Translations under genes and position numbers: made by a program
Part shown: in pieces, positions 19,326 to 28,175 of the stretch
How the letters are laid out: each line of letters begins with the position of its first letter
How positions within the stretch are numbered: the stretch's first letter is position 1
DNA from: Candidatus Cryptobacteroides sp.
Lineage (GTDB): Bacteria; Bacteroidota; Bacteroidia; Bacteroidales; UBA932
Reading direction: 5' to 3'
Length of the DNA stretch: 64,000 bases
NCBI GenBank assembly: GCA_045614805.1
Contig: JAZLDR010000014.1
Span: 18,015 to 82,014, forward strand
Notes under the pieces: model-generated
Seen by the model: only the letters and a program-made list of their open reading frames with translations
The model's database searches: none
What the model was told of the DNA's origin: nothing

Positions 19326-20258
19326 TTACTGCGTAGTGTTACCGAACAATGCAGCCAGAACTGCCATGTCCATTTTGAGCAGCCTGCCGATCTTTTTGAT
19401 GTCGGCATTGTACTCCCATCGGAGCATTCTTGCCATCTCCAGCTTCTGATCCTTCTGTAGCTGGGACGGAGCTTTGCAATCGTATTTTTTTGCCGCCCAG
19501 GAGCATACGATCGAGTAGAGGTCATCATCTGTGTAATAGATCTGCTCACCGATCATCTTTGCGATTTCATCATAGCTTTCAACATGTCTCGATACTTTAG
19601 TGAAGTAGTGTCTCGTGTCACGGAACAGATTCTCAGCATAAGTTACGTCGCAGAATGACAGGGGACACCCATATCCGTCAACCAGATACAGGTCTTTCAC
19701 GCAATCGAATTTGTGACTTTTTGTCAATGACCTTTTCTCTCTTACAGTGATTTCGCGCTTCCTTTCCTCAAATCTGCACTTCGCTTCCGTATTGAAGAAG
19801 TACTTGTTTGCTCCCCATGGATAAGTGTAAGGCGAAACATGTTGGTCTACCACTGACCCGTTGCGGTTTGTGTAGGCTATGGCATTTCTAAGGTTCTCCA
19901 GAGAAGTTATTTCATAAAGCTGCATGGTCAAGCCACTAAGATCGGGTCTTGTCCCGTCAATATACAAGTTCCTTTCAAGAATTTTTTTCAGACATCTGAA
20001 AAACTCCTCTATGTCTTCCGGACAGCCGGTAATGATCAGGTGGAGGTGGTTGTTCATCAGTTCGAAGGTCAGGATCCGTACTTTCCTGTGTGCTTTGGCA
20101 ACAATCCCCATAATGCTCATGCCCCTCTTGAAGTCATCAGAGTTGCGGAATATGATAGAATGATTTTCCGGTGTGCACAAATGATATGCGGTCCCGATCT
20201 TGTCAAAGTAGTGCTGACATAATTTCTCAATGTCGTAAAAGTTTGCCCTGCTGTTCAT
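19326..20258 (-). CDS. RAYT-like Y1/HUH tyrosine transposase with C-terminal helical extension
   Basis: Motifs YHL...IIFR, FELMNNHLHLII (HUH), AYTNRNG (catalytic Tyr, cf. YIxxNP) and YPWG. 310 aa; flanked by hairpin arrays. Confidence 0.85.
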   Translation of the reverse strand: MNSRANFYDIEKLCQHYFDKIGTAYHLCTPENHSIIFRNSDDFKRGMSIMGIVAKAHRKVRILTFELMNNHLHLIITGCPEDIEEFFRCLKKILERNLYIDGTRPDLSGLTMQLYEITSLENLRNAIAYTNRNGSVVDQHVSPYTYPWGANKYFFNTEAKCRFEERKREITVREKRSLTKSHKFDCVKDLYLVDGYGCPLSFCDVTYAENLFRDTRHYFTKVSRHVESYDEIAKMIGEQIYYTDDDLYSIVCSWAAKKYDCKAPSQLQKDQKLEMARMLRWEYNADIKKIGRLLKMDMAVLAALFGNTTQ

Positions 20259-20427
20259 TTCAATAGCATCAATATGTCGGACAGGACAGGTGTCCCTCCG
20301 AGGTTATACGATATGGATCATTGAAATGCGTTCCTTAAGAAAGGGTGTCAGATACCCGGCCAGAGTGGCCTGCAGAGCTTGCTAATACATTAATCTTTAT
20401 GGATTCGCATTATGTGCGTCAAATATA
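20256..20427 (-). promoter_or_regulatory. Transposase promoter and structured ~155-nt 5' leader
   Basis: TATATTTG -7 box at 20427-20420. A long hairpin at 20328-20256 has a 9-bp base (CATTTCAAT/ATTGAAATG) that includes the start ATG. Confidence 0.6.
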
Positions 20428-20446
20428 GGCAAACGATATTGATTAC

Positions 20447-20728
20447 CGACACAATTCTTCAGTTTTTGTGCTTATGCGTCTGCATTTTCCTCGTTTCGGG
20501 AACGTTTCCTCTGTTTTTGTTCCCATTCGGTCTGTTGTCGAACATTTCGGGCACAGAATTCACGAATCTGTTCCCACTCGGTGGCTAGTTGACAGTTCTG
20601 GGAACAATATCTGGGAATTTGTTCCGACCAGGTCGCTGGTTGACCGTTCCGGGAACAGCATCGGCGAATTCGTTCCCATTCGGGGAGGCCGACATGTGTT
20701 AAGGAACAAGTGGGCTAGTTTTGTGCCC
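20447..20728. repeat. Right 51-bp-period hairpin array (5 clear units plus 1 degenerate)
   Basis: 27-bp GGGAAC-N15-GTTCCC-type units start at 20447 (degenerate), 20498, 20549, 20600, 20651 and 20702. Confidence 0.9.
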
Positions 20729-21689
20729 GTTTCTTCAAGGTGATGAGGGTGATTTCGGGACGTGCACCGATGCGGGCAGGGAAGATCGTCTCGCCCAGAC
20801 CGACGTTTACATACAGGTGTTGACTACCCGAGTCGGAGGTGTACAGCCCGTCACTGTGCTTGAACATCAGGCTGCTCGGACTCCAGCCGAATAGGGACAG
20901 CTGCATGGCGTGGGTGTGGCCTGATAAAGTGAGAGGGTAGTCCTGGCCGAGGATTTCGGACTCCCAGTGCAGAGGGTCGTGTGTCAGGACTATTCTGAAT
21001 GCTCCTTCCGTGCCTTCCGAGGCTTTGGTCAGGTCTCCGTTCGAAGGGAAGAAATGAGAAGAGGACGTGTTTTCTACTCCGATCACCATGATGGAATCAA
21101 GGCCTCTGTGCAGAACCTTGTGCTCATTCATCAGCAGTGACCATCCCATTTCACGTTCCTTGGCAATCAGGTCATCCACAAGCACGCCTGAAGTGTCAGC
21201 GTAGGTGCCATAATCATGGTTTCCCAGTACTGAAACCACACCGTCCTTTGCCTTGATAGCAGAGAGCGCAGGAGCAATGCAATCCAGTTCATCAGGAACC
21301 AGCGATATCAGATCCCCGGTAAACGCAACCAGGTCAGGGTCAGTGCCATTGATCATATCCACCGCCTTTTGCATCTGCTTCGCACGCTTTCTGAACGATC
21401 TGGCATGAATGTCTGAAATATGGACAATCCGATATCCGTCAAAACTCTGCGGCAGGTCGTCGAACTCCAGCACTACCTCCTTGACCTCGAACCTGTTCCT
21501 CTCAATGATGGTTCCATATGCTACCACCACCGGCGGCACCAGCAGCGCCACCAGCCCCCACCTGAATGCTTTCCGCAAAGGCACCTTCGCCACAAGCCGC
21601 AGCACCCCGCTCACCGCAAGGTCTGTCACCAGCAGCATCACCCAGCACAGCAAGATGACCATCAATGCAGCATAAGTTTCCATAGTCAT
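20715..21689 (-). CDS. Membrane-anchored metallophosphoesterase (YkuE-like)
   Basis: Motifs SDIH, TGD, GNHDY, THDP and SGHTH; two N-terminal TM segments. Confidence 0.92.
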   Translation of the reverse strand: MTMETYAALMVILLCWVMLLVTDLAVSGVLRLVAKVPLRKAFRWGLVALLVPPVVVAYGTIIERNRFEVKEVVLEFDDLPQSFDGYRIVHISDIHARSFRKRAKQMQKAVDMINGTDPDLVAFTGDLISLVPDELDCIAPALSAIKAKDGVVSVLGNHDYGTYADTSGVLVDDLIAKEREMGWSLLMNEHKVLHRGLDSIMVIGVENTSSSHFFPSNGDLTKASEGTEGAFRIVLTHDPLHWESEILGQDYPLTLSGHTHAMQLSLFGWSPSSLMFKHSDGLYTSDSGSQHLYVNVGLGETIFPARIGARPEITLITLKKRAQN

Positions 21690-21949
21690 GTCAATTGTCG
21701 TCCAAAGTTACTAAAACCTCTTCAATCCTCGGACCGTCGCCGGAATATACGATCTCCGGCGACTACAGGTCAAACGCTGTGGGTGGCTAGACAAGGGGTG
21801 GCGCTTAATGCCTTGAATATCAGTTAATTAAGCGTTCTTTATTCTCGTTTTGGAGGGAACAACAAGTGCTTAACTTCTTTGCTATCAGTAAGTTAACTGC
21901 CACCACAATGCGCGTAGATATGAAACGGCTGGTGCAACCATATATAGAA

Positions 21950-22060
21950 AAGAGACTGACTGATCACATGTCCGGACACGCAGAGAACAGCCGCGCATTC
22001 AGCCGTTACCGAGAGATCGACCGCGAAATCAAGACCAATGCGGTGAATCTGTTGGATTAG
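21950..22060 (+). pseudogene. C-terminal remnant of a tyrosine recombinase/integrase
   Basis: ...DHMSGHAENSRAFSRYREIDREIKTNAVNLLD-stop matches the GH...Y catalytic tail of Bacteroidales integrases. The rest of the gene is absent. Confidence 0.75.
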
Positions 22061-22064
22061 TCAG

Positions 22065-22182
22065 ACTGCAAAAAAGGTCAACAAAACGACTGAATTTGCA
22101 ATTCGCGAAGAAGAAATAGAGAGAAATCACTAAAAATATAGTATTTACTGCAAAAAAAGTCCACAAAACGACTAAATTTGCA
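22065..22182 (+). promoter_or_regulatory. Duplicated 36-bp promoter-like direct repeat
   Basis: ACTGCAAAAAAGGTCAACAAAACGACTGAATTTGCA (22065-22100) and ACTGCAAAAAAAGTCCACAAAACGACTAAATTTGCA (22147-22182). The second copy contains TAAATTTG. Confidence 0.75.
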
Positions 22183-22207
22183 GTGGTTAATGTAAAAGTG
22201 AGCTAGT

Positions 22208-23524
22208 ATGGCAATCAAAAGAGATAGTTACCTTCAAAAGATTTATTCGAAGAAAGGCAACGGAAAAGTAAAGATCATAACCGGAATACGAAGGTGCGGA
22301 AAGTCCTATCTTCTATTCCAGTTATATAAGGAAAGACTTATATCTGAAGGCGCTGCTCCGTCTCAGTTTGTTGAGATTGCATTGGATCAGCAGGAGTTTA
22401 TTGACCTTAGAAATCCCTACAATCTTTACGATTATGTGATATCTAAGACTCCTGATGCCAATCAGCAGTACTACATTTTTATTGATGAGATTCAACTTTC
22501 CTATAAGGTTAGAAATCCTGAGGTGAGGGAGGAAGATGTTGCTCCGGAGGACCGAGATCTATTATACACTACATTTTATGATATACTTAATGGTTTGATT
22601 GCAAAGAAGAACCTGGATGTATATGTTACCGGCAGCAACTCCAAGATGCTATCTTCTGACATCGTTACAAATTTTCGCGACCGAGGTTCGGAAATTCAGG
22701 TATTCCCTCTCTCGTTTGCTGAGTTCTATGCAGCTGTACCTCAAGATAAATCAGATGCATTTGAAGAATATATGACATACGGAGGTATGCCGTTAGCTGT
22801 ATTGGAAACGGATGTTGCAGAAAAGATGAAATATCTGCAGGGTCTTCACAAGAGTGTGTATCTTAAAGACATAGTGGAACGTTACAAACTAAAGGTTGAC
22901 ACAGTTTTGGAAGCCCTGACAGATTCGCTGTATTCTGCTGTCGGCTCTTTGACAAACACTCATACTCAGGCTAATACTGCAAACTCCAAACTTGGAGGGA
23001 ATACTTCAGACCATACAATCAAGAAATATCTGGACTTTCTTGAAGATGCTTATCTGTTCAGAAAAGCCAAAAGATATGATGTGAAGGGAAGAAAGTATTA
23101 CGGCACGCCTCTGAAATACTATGCAACCGACATTGGACTTAGAAATGCCAAACTGAACTTCAGACAGCAGGAAAGATCGCACATGATGGAAAACCTTATT
23201 TACAATGAACTTATCATCAGAGGGTACGCTGTAGATGTGGGCGTCGTTGAAGTAGTAAGGGAAAAAGAAGGCAAAAGAGTTCAATCTCAATATGAAATAG
23301 ACTTCGTTGTCAACCAAGGAGCACAAAAAATATATATTCAGTGTGCGTTGAATGTTGATACTGATGAAAAGAAGAGGCAGGAGACATTCTCATTGAAAAA
23401 TTCTGGTGATTTCTTTAGGAAAGTGGTGATACTTGACGGAAATAGGAAAGAGTGGACAGACGAAGATGGAATTACATACGTTGGCGCCATTCCGTTTCTT
23501 TTAGGTGAGTTTGTATTGCTATAA
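22208..23524 (+). CDS. AAA+ ATPase (AAA_14 + DUF4143 type)
   Basis: Walker A GIRRCGKS, Walker B IFIDEIQ, VTGSNS, GGMP, KYYATDIGLRN and EIDFV. Confidence 0.92.
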   Translation: MAIKRDSYLQKIYSKKGNGKVKIITGIRRCGKSYLLFQLYKERLISEGAAPSQFVEIALDQQEFIDLRNPYNLYDYVISKTPDANQQYYIFIDEIQLSYKVRNPEVREEDVAPEDRDLLYTTFYDILNGLIAKKNLDVYVTGSNSKMLSSDIVTNFRDRGSEIQVFPLSFAEFYAAVPQDKSDAFEEYMTYGGMPLAVLETDVAEKMKYLQGLHKSVYLKDIVERYKLKVDTVLEALTDSLYSAVGSLTNTHTQANTANSKLGGNTSDHTIKKYLDFLEDAYLFRKAKRYDVKGRKYYGTPLKYYATDIGLRNAKLNFRQQERSHMMENLIYNELIIRGYAVDVGVVEVVREKEGKRVQSQYEIDFVVNQGAQKIYIQCALNVDTDEKKRQETFSLKNSGDFFRKVVILDGNRKEWTDEDGITYVGAIPFLLGEFVLL

Positions 23525-23536
23525 ATTACATAACAA

Positions 23537-23992
23537 ATGGTAGGACTTAATGAAATATTAGATAAAGCTTGGATTTATCTTTTGATTATCTGGCTTTTGA
23601 GCTTTCCTATAATTCTTATTATAAATTGTCGCCAAATTACCAGAACTTGGGATTTTATCCGATTCAGATACAATAGTAAGTTCTGGGCTCTGTCTATATT
23701 GAATTGGAGATATAGACAGAAGAAAGCTCTTGGCCTTTCTACTATAGACTTTATAATTTATTTCAACAAGTCATACTTGTCACAGGGTTTTCATGGGATG
23801 TGGAAGACCCTAGATGATGAGGGACGAAATATCTTCGTTGGTATATTATCTAACCCTCGATTTATAGAGGAGAATTTCGGTCTGGAAAAATTTACATTTG
23901 AGGAACATCTTAGAATTTTATCCAAGTGGGAGGACCTGATGAAGTCCTATAGCGAGATAGATGATCCATCAGACAATGTCGAACTTTATTAG
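23537..23992 (+). CDS. Hypothetical protein with N-terminal TM helix
   Basis: 151-aa ORF 12 bp after the ATPase stop; no recognisable motif. Confidence 0.6.
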   Translation: MVGLNEILDKAWIYLLIIWLLSFPIILIINCRQITRTWDFIRFRYNSKFWALSILNWRYRQKKALGLSTIDFIIYFNKSYLSQGFHGMWKTLDDEGRNIFVGILSNPRFIEENFGLEKFTFEEHLRILSKWEDLMKSYSEIDDPSDNVELY

Positions 23993-24431
23993 CAGAATTA
24001 TGGGGACCAAGAAAACTATAAATGAATCTGCTAATCAACAGTATGCTGAGGCGTTGTATTGTGAGCAAAAGTGCATAAACCATTTGAACTTACTCCAATA
24101 CATGCAAGCAAAAAATGTTGACACATCAGAAGTCGGCAGGCTCATCTATTTATATCAGAAAGATACTCATATATTGATGCGTTGGGGCGTTATATATGCA
24201 GCCTGCATGGATTGTGACCTTTTTGTTCCTATGTAGGTTTCGCGTTTTACCATACTTTTAAAAAGCCTCATATATAATTTAAAGGTTGACCGAACGTCTG
24301 TATCAAGAGGGGTGAAAGATTTTTATGATAATATGCAATTAAGGGAACAGGGAAAAATTCTAGCACCCGACGTGCTGACATTTGTAAAGGCAAAAGATAC
24401 TCTTGAGACAAAATTAAGGGCTTTGCAATAG
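23976..24431 (+). pseudogene. Hypothetical gene interrupted by an in-frame TAG at 24234-24236
   Basis: The frame stays open for 64 more codons to the TAG at 24429-24431, which is followed by a terminator. Confidence 0.5.
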
Positions 24432-24462
24432 TGGCATAAATTCAAAGATGGCTTATGAGATT

Positions 24463-24490
24463 GAGAACTCGGATTGAGTTCTCTTTTTTT
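24463..24490 (+). terminator. Rho-independent terminator
   Basis: GAGAACTC-ggatt-GAGTTCTC followed by TTTTTTT. Confidence 0.8.
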
Positions 24491-24510
24491 ATATGCAGGA
24501 GGGGCTAAAT

Positions 24511-24590
24511 GCACAATTATGCACAAATCTGCACGTCTTTGCACAAATCCGCACATAACTTTCTGACCTATAATAATTTATCTAGGTTTG
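24511..24590 (+). promoter_or_regulatory. Five GCAC boxes with 10-bp period upstream of a TAGGTTTG -7 box
   Basis: GCAC at 24511, 24521, 24531, 24541 and 24551; -7 box at 24583-24590. Confidence 0.6.
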
Positions 24591-24642
24591 CGACAGCTAA
24601 CTGCAGTGGCTGGAAAGATTAACGATTAAAACTTGATAAATT

Positions 24643-24876
24643 ATGAGAAATTCAGATTTCTATACAGACAGATGCGGCGACGATATGTTCAGCGCTTTCA
24701 TCGACTCCGTCTCCGAAAGAGTGGCGGAAAGAATCTGCAGCAGGATCGAGGAGAGACTCCAGCAGAACCAAAGGTCAACACAATCATCTTCTCTTTCAGT
24801 GTCGGCAGATGATCCGGACCAGCTCATCATCGAGCAAATCAGCGAAGTTGTACAGGCAATAAGCAGAAGACTATGA
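24643..24876 (+). pseudogene. Probable deletion hybrid of an excisionase-like N-terminus and a MobC-like C-terminus
   Basis: 77 aa; the stop overlaps the relaxase start (ATGA), as is typical for mobC-relaxase pairs. No HTH or RHH core remains. The assignment is inferred from position. Confidence 0.4.
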
Positions 24877-25854
24877 CGGCAAAGATTCTTACCAGGCAAT
24901 CCTTCTCCAGGGCCACTAACTATGTCTTTAAAGACGGCCGATCTGAAGTTATCGCCAATAAAGGGATCATGGCGACCGACCCTTTGTCGGCGGCTGCCAG
25001 CTTCAAAGTGCAGGCAATGCTTCGTCCGGAGATCAAAAGTCCGGTTGGGCATATCTGCATCTCTTTCCATCCGGATGATACACCAAGATTGACAAATGAA
25101 CTGATGGTCGAGTTGTGTGAATCTTGACCGCCTCCGTCCTGACGACAGGAGGCGGTACGAGATGTATTATGATGTAAAGAACGCTTTGGCTGAAGCAACG
25201 TCTTTTACTGACTTTCAAAACCGTTTGGATAGTTTTGGAATAAAGACCGTCTTTAAAAGATCAAGTAAGAGCGGCGAGTTGCAAGGAATCACATTCAAGA
25301 GAGACGGCTATTCCATCAAGGGCTCCAAACTGGATCGCAGCCTAAGTCTTATCAGGATTATGAAAAGTCTCCCTCGTTCCAATAAGATTCGGCGCGAAGA
25401 GCCGCATACGCTCTGTCGATTTGTGTCTTTGGAAGAGATTCAAGCAATGGAGGCTGAACGACAGAAATCTCTTCGGGAGACAAAGCACGAATCTCATATG
25501 GAAAATCCTTTGGACGAGTATTCCAAAGCCTTCGTTGAGATGAGAAACGGCTGGAAATCAAGGAAAGACTGCAAGGGCCGAATCAAGGGAATGGAGTCAG
25601 AGGCTAATCGAATTAAGGATATTGAAAATATTCTTGCTGATTACACAGAGGAAGAGTTAGAAGTCCGAAAACACAAAATCAGTATCAAGGCCGAGCAGAT
25701 GGCCCGCCTTGTCTGCTACCATCCTTCAACTGATCAGATGGTCAACTATCGCATCCACACTACGACCGAAGGGATAGTAACAAAGGTGGAAGTCGAAAAG
25801 AAGGTCAAGGGGAAGAGTGTGTGGATGGAGTTGAAGCAAGTAAGCAATGAGTAA
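24873..25854 (+). pseudogene. Relaxase/mobilisation gene with internal deletion and frameshift
   Basis: The N-part (MTAKI...NYVF...PVGHICISFHPDD) stops at 25127. The C-part (VNLDRLR...YEMY...LQGITFKRDGYSIKGSKLDRSLS) begins at ~25117 in another frame. The HUH motif III region is missing. Confidence 0.8.
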
Positions 25855-25882
25855 AGGTGGTGTCATTTGAAATAAATCAAAG

Positions 25883-25914
25883 CGCCGTCACTTTGGTAAT
25901 AGTGAGTGACGGCG
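25883..25914. terminator. Hairpin between convergent genes (probable bidirectional terminator)
   Basis: CGCCGTCACT (25883-25892) pairs with AGTGACGGCG (25905-25914). Confidence 0.65.
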
Positions 25915-25949
25915 TTCAATTTTAAATTTATCTGTTTACATCTTACTAT

Positions 25950-28175
25950 TTAAAAACTGTATGTAAGAAGGAAGTCAATTGTAAGAGGTCGGATATAAGA
26001 ACCAGACATAACATAGTCTTGTAGTAGAGAAGCATCAGTAATGGTGTCAGCTACATCAATACTACCTTTCGATCCATTCTGCCAAAGTAGGTTCACAAAG
26101 TTAATGGATATTTTCAGTTGATTATGTAACTTCCAATCCACTCCAGCAAAGGTTTCCCAATGTCCAGCAAAATATGCCAGATTTGTACGACTGACATACT
26201 GTCTGCTATAATATCTTGCGCTAGCCCATACCTTGACCTTGTTCCACGAGTATGAAGGGTCAATCTCGAACATCCACTGGGAGATGCCGGTAACATGGTT
26301 GCCAGTATAGTCAATCACTTCTGAAGTACCATCGCTGAAGACAAATTCATTCTTGTAGTTCTTGTATTTAGGATCCTGCCATGTTCCAAGAAGGTGCATA
26401 TTAAATCTCCCTACATGTAGATTTCCGTCTAAAGTGAAGCCCAGAGTCCCAATGCCGTATTGAGCTGTCCATGGAATGGTTTCGCTTATTCCACCTATCT
26501 GTTTAGTGACAGTCATGACTTTTGCATTGTTCCAGCTGGTTATATATGACATGAGGACTGTGATATCCATCCATTTGTTATCATAGGTGAAACCACCTCG
26601 TCCAAGAGCATTGCCTATAGGATTGGTACTCGGTATAGTGGCATTCTTATAATATGATGCGCTCTTGGTGGTCATGCTGTAGAAACCCTCAGCCATGAAG
26701 AAAAGCCTGTCTACAAGCCGTAGGTTGACGTGTTCGGAAAAAGCATAGTCTACTGCTGGGATACTGAGATTGTGAATTTCACACAGATCTCTATCTGCAA
26801 GATTGAAACCGTCCACCCTTACGTTCTTAGCCTCTCCGTTAAGTCTTGCTGCCGTACAGATATTCTGATATAGCGGGCGTACGCGTGCGCCGGTGCGCAT
26901 AAGTAGACGTTCAGTTGGGTTCGCTTCATAAATTGCATAAATCGGGGTATAGCACCTATATGCATCATAAAACAGGCCACTTGTGTTCATGCCCCACGTC
27001 GACTGGCCTCCTTTAGAGATACGCTCGGGATTCGCTTCTACTGTATGGGCATAATAGAATGTAGAAGCGTAATTGTCTTGCTTAGAATACGCAAGTTCCA
27101 TTCCCAGGCGGAGCTTGTGACGGCTATTGAATCGTCTGACCGCGGATAAAACCAGGTTAAGGTCGAGTTCTTCCTGATCCTCAACAGTCACTAGGCGGTT
27201 CTGTATATATCCGCTAAAGGGACTGCCTGAGGCATTAAAGAATCCTTTATCCTCAGCAACACTATCTATTCCAGCCAAAGCCGTCTTCACATACTGACTA
27301 GGTTGCATGTACATCACATGTAAGTTAGCTCCTAATTCCCAACCGGAATGATGATTGTGATGGGTTTTGAGAGAGAAATCATGAATATATCGTCTATCCA
27401 TGTTGCTCAAGTTTCCGCTCTTCATGCTGCCGTCTCGGATATCCATATATGCAACCGCATCATCAGCTGTGAAATAACAGTCTCTGCCAAGGCGAAAACC
27501 ATTGAAAGCCTCTATCGTGCCGTCCCCTCTATATACGAACGGAGCAAAGCTATAGCCTCCGTCCACATTGTCGCTGCACATAGAGAAACGATAGATAGCA
27601 TCAAGTGTAGTGGACTTCCATCTTTTGGATAGAGCCAGACTATAGATCTGTTTCTGATCTACAAACTGGCGGTTTGGGGCATTGACATTGGTAGGATCAT
27701 TATTGACATATGCTCCAATGGCGAAATACAAGCCTTTTGTTCCTTTCAGCATGCCATTCACGGATCCGTCGAAACGAATAAGACCATTGGTGGAAGTTCC
27801 CATAGTAAAGGCACCACGAAGCACATCTGTCCCTAGTTTTGTGCGGGAATCTACGAGAACTCCTATTTCTCCTGACGTAATCACTGCCTCCATCAGACTG
27901 ATAGAGCCTTGTGGCTCATACGCATTGCCTCCCGACCAGTGGAACTGACTGCGAGGCAGACCAAGAGCATGTTTGGCCCCATCCACATATACAATCGCTC
28001 CGCTACCGCCCTCAGGCAATCCAATATTGATTTCACGAGGGACTGTCGCCGACTCTGCATTGAGCATCATGTTTCTCTCACTTTTCGTTTCTCCCACGAC
28101 AAGGGAATCAGCCTCCTGGGCTCTCATGAGAATTCCCGCCAGAATCAGCGGGAATATTAAAAGCATTTTCTTCAT
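25950..28175 (-). CDS. TonB-dependent receptor-like outer-membrane beta-barrel (non-SusC type)
   Basis: Signal peptide ending AQ, alternating amphipathic strands, C-terminal LTYSF; 741 aa. Confidence 0.7.
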   Translation of the reverse strand: MKKMLLIFPLILAGILMRAQEADSLVVGETKSERNMMLNAESATVPREINIGLPEGGSGAIVYVDGAKHALGLPRSQFHWSGGNAYEPQGSISLMEAVITSGEIGVLVDSRTKLGTDVLRGAFTMGTSTNGLIRFDGSVNGMLKGTKGLYFAIGAYVNNDPTNVNAPNRQFVDQKQIYSLALSKRWKSTTLDAIYRFSMCSDNVDGGYSFAPFVYRGDGTIEAFNGFRLGRDCYFTADDAVAYMDIRDGSMKSGNLSNMDRRYIHDFSLKTHHNHHSGWELGANLHVMYMQPSQYVKTALAGIDSVAEDKGFFNASGSPFSGYIQNRLVTVEDQEELDLNLVLSAVRRFNSRHKLRLGMELAYSKQDNYASTFYYAHTVEANPERISKGGQSTWGMNTSGLFYDAYRCYTPIYAIYEANPTERLLMRTGARVRPLYQNICTAARLNGEAKNVRVDGFNLADRDLCEIHNLSIPAVDYAFSEHVNLRLVDRLFFMAEGFYSMTTKSASYYKNATIPSTNPIGNALGRGGFTYDNKWMDITVLMSYITSWNNAKVMTVTKQIGGISETIPWTAQYGIGTLGFTLDGNLHVGRFNMHLLGTWQDPKYKNYKNEFVFSDGTSEVIDYTGNHVTGISQWMFEIDPSYSWNKVKVWASARYYSRQYVSRTNLAYFAGHWETFAGVDWKLHNQLKISINFVNLLWQNGSKGSIDVADTITDASLLQDYVMSGSYIRPLTIDFLLTYSF

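Larger units (their letters stand above)
21802..25854. mobile_element. Decayed integrative mobilisable element (boundaries approximate)
   Basis: Paired palindromes at 21802-21897, an integrase tail, an AAA ATPase, an xis/mobC-like ORF and a split relaxase. Visibly more AT-rich than the DNA to the left. Confidence 0.65.

Noticed and set aside
19326-20258. Ordinary IS200/IS605 insertion sequence
   Set aside because: No tnpB is present, the protein is about twice the length of IS200 TnpA, and the flanks are multi-unit arrays rather than single subterminal hairpins.
18906-20728. CRISPR array interpretation of the 23-bp and 51-bp repeats
   Set aside because: The 23-bp units are contiguous with no spacers. 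The 51-bp units conserve only short arms, not a full identical repeat. No cas genes are in the window.
20468-20743. 91-aa ORF with 17-aa repeats (G...FVP)
   Set aside because: Explained by palindromic DNA arms with a 51-bp period. It has a weak start and overlaps the opposite-strand gene. It cannot be excluded entirely without expression data.
24234-24236. Stop-codon reassignment (TAG recoding)
   Set aside because: This is a single case; other genes in the window end normally at TAG and are not fragmented.
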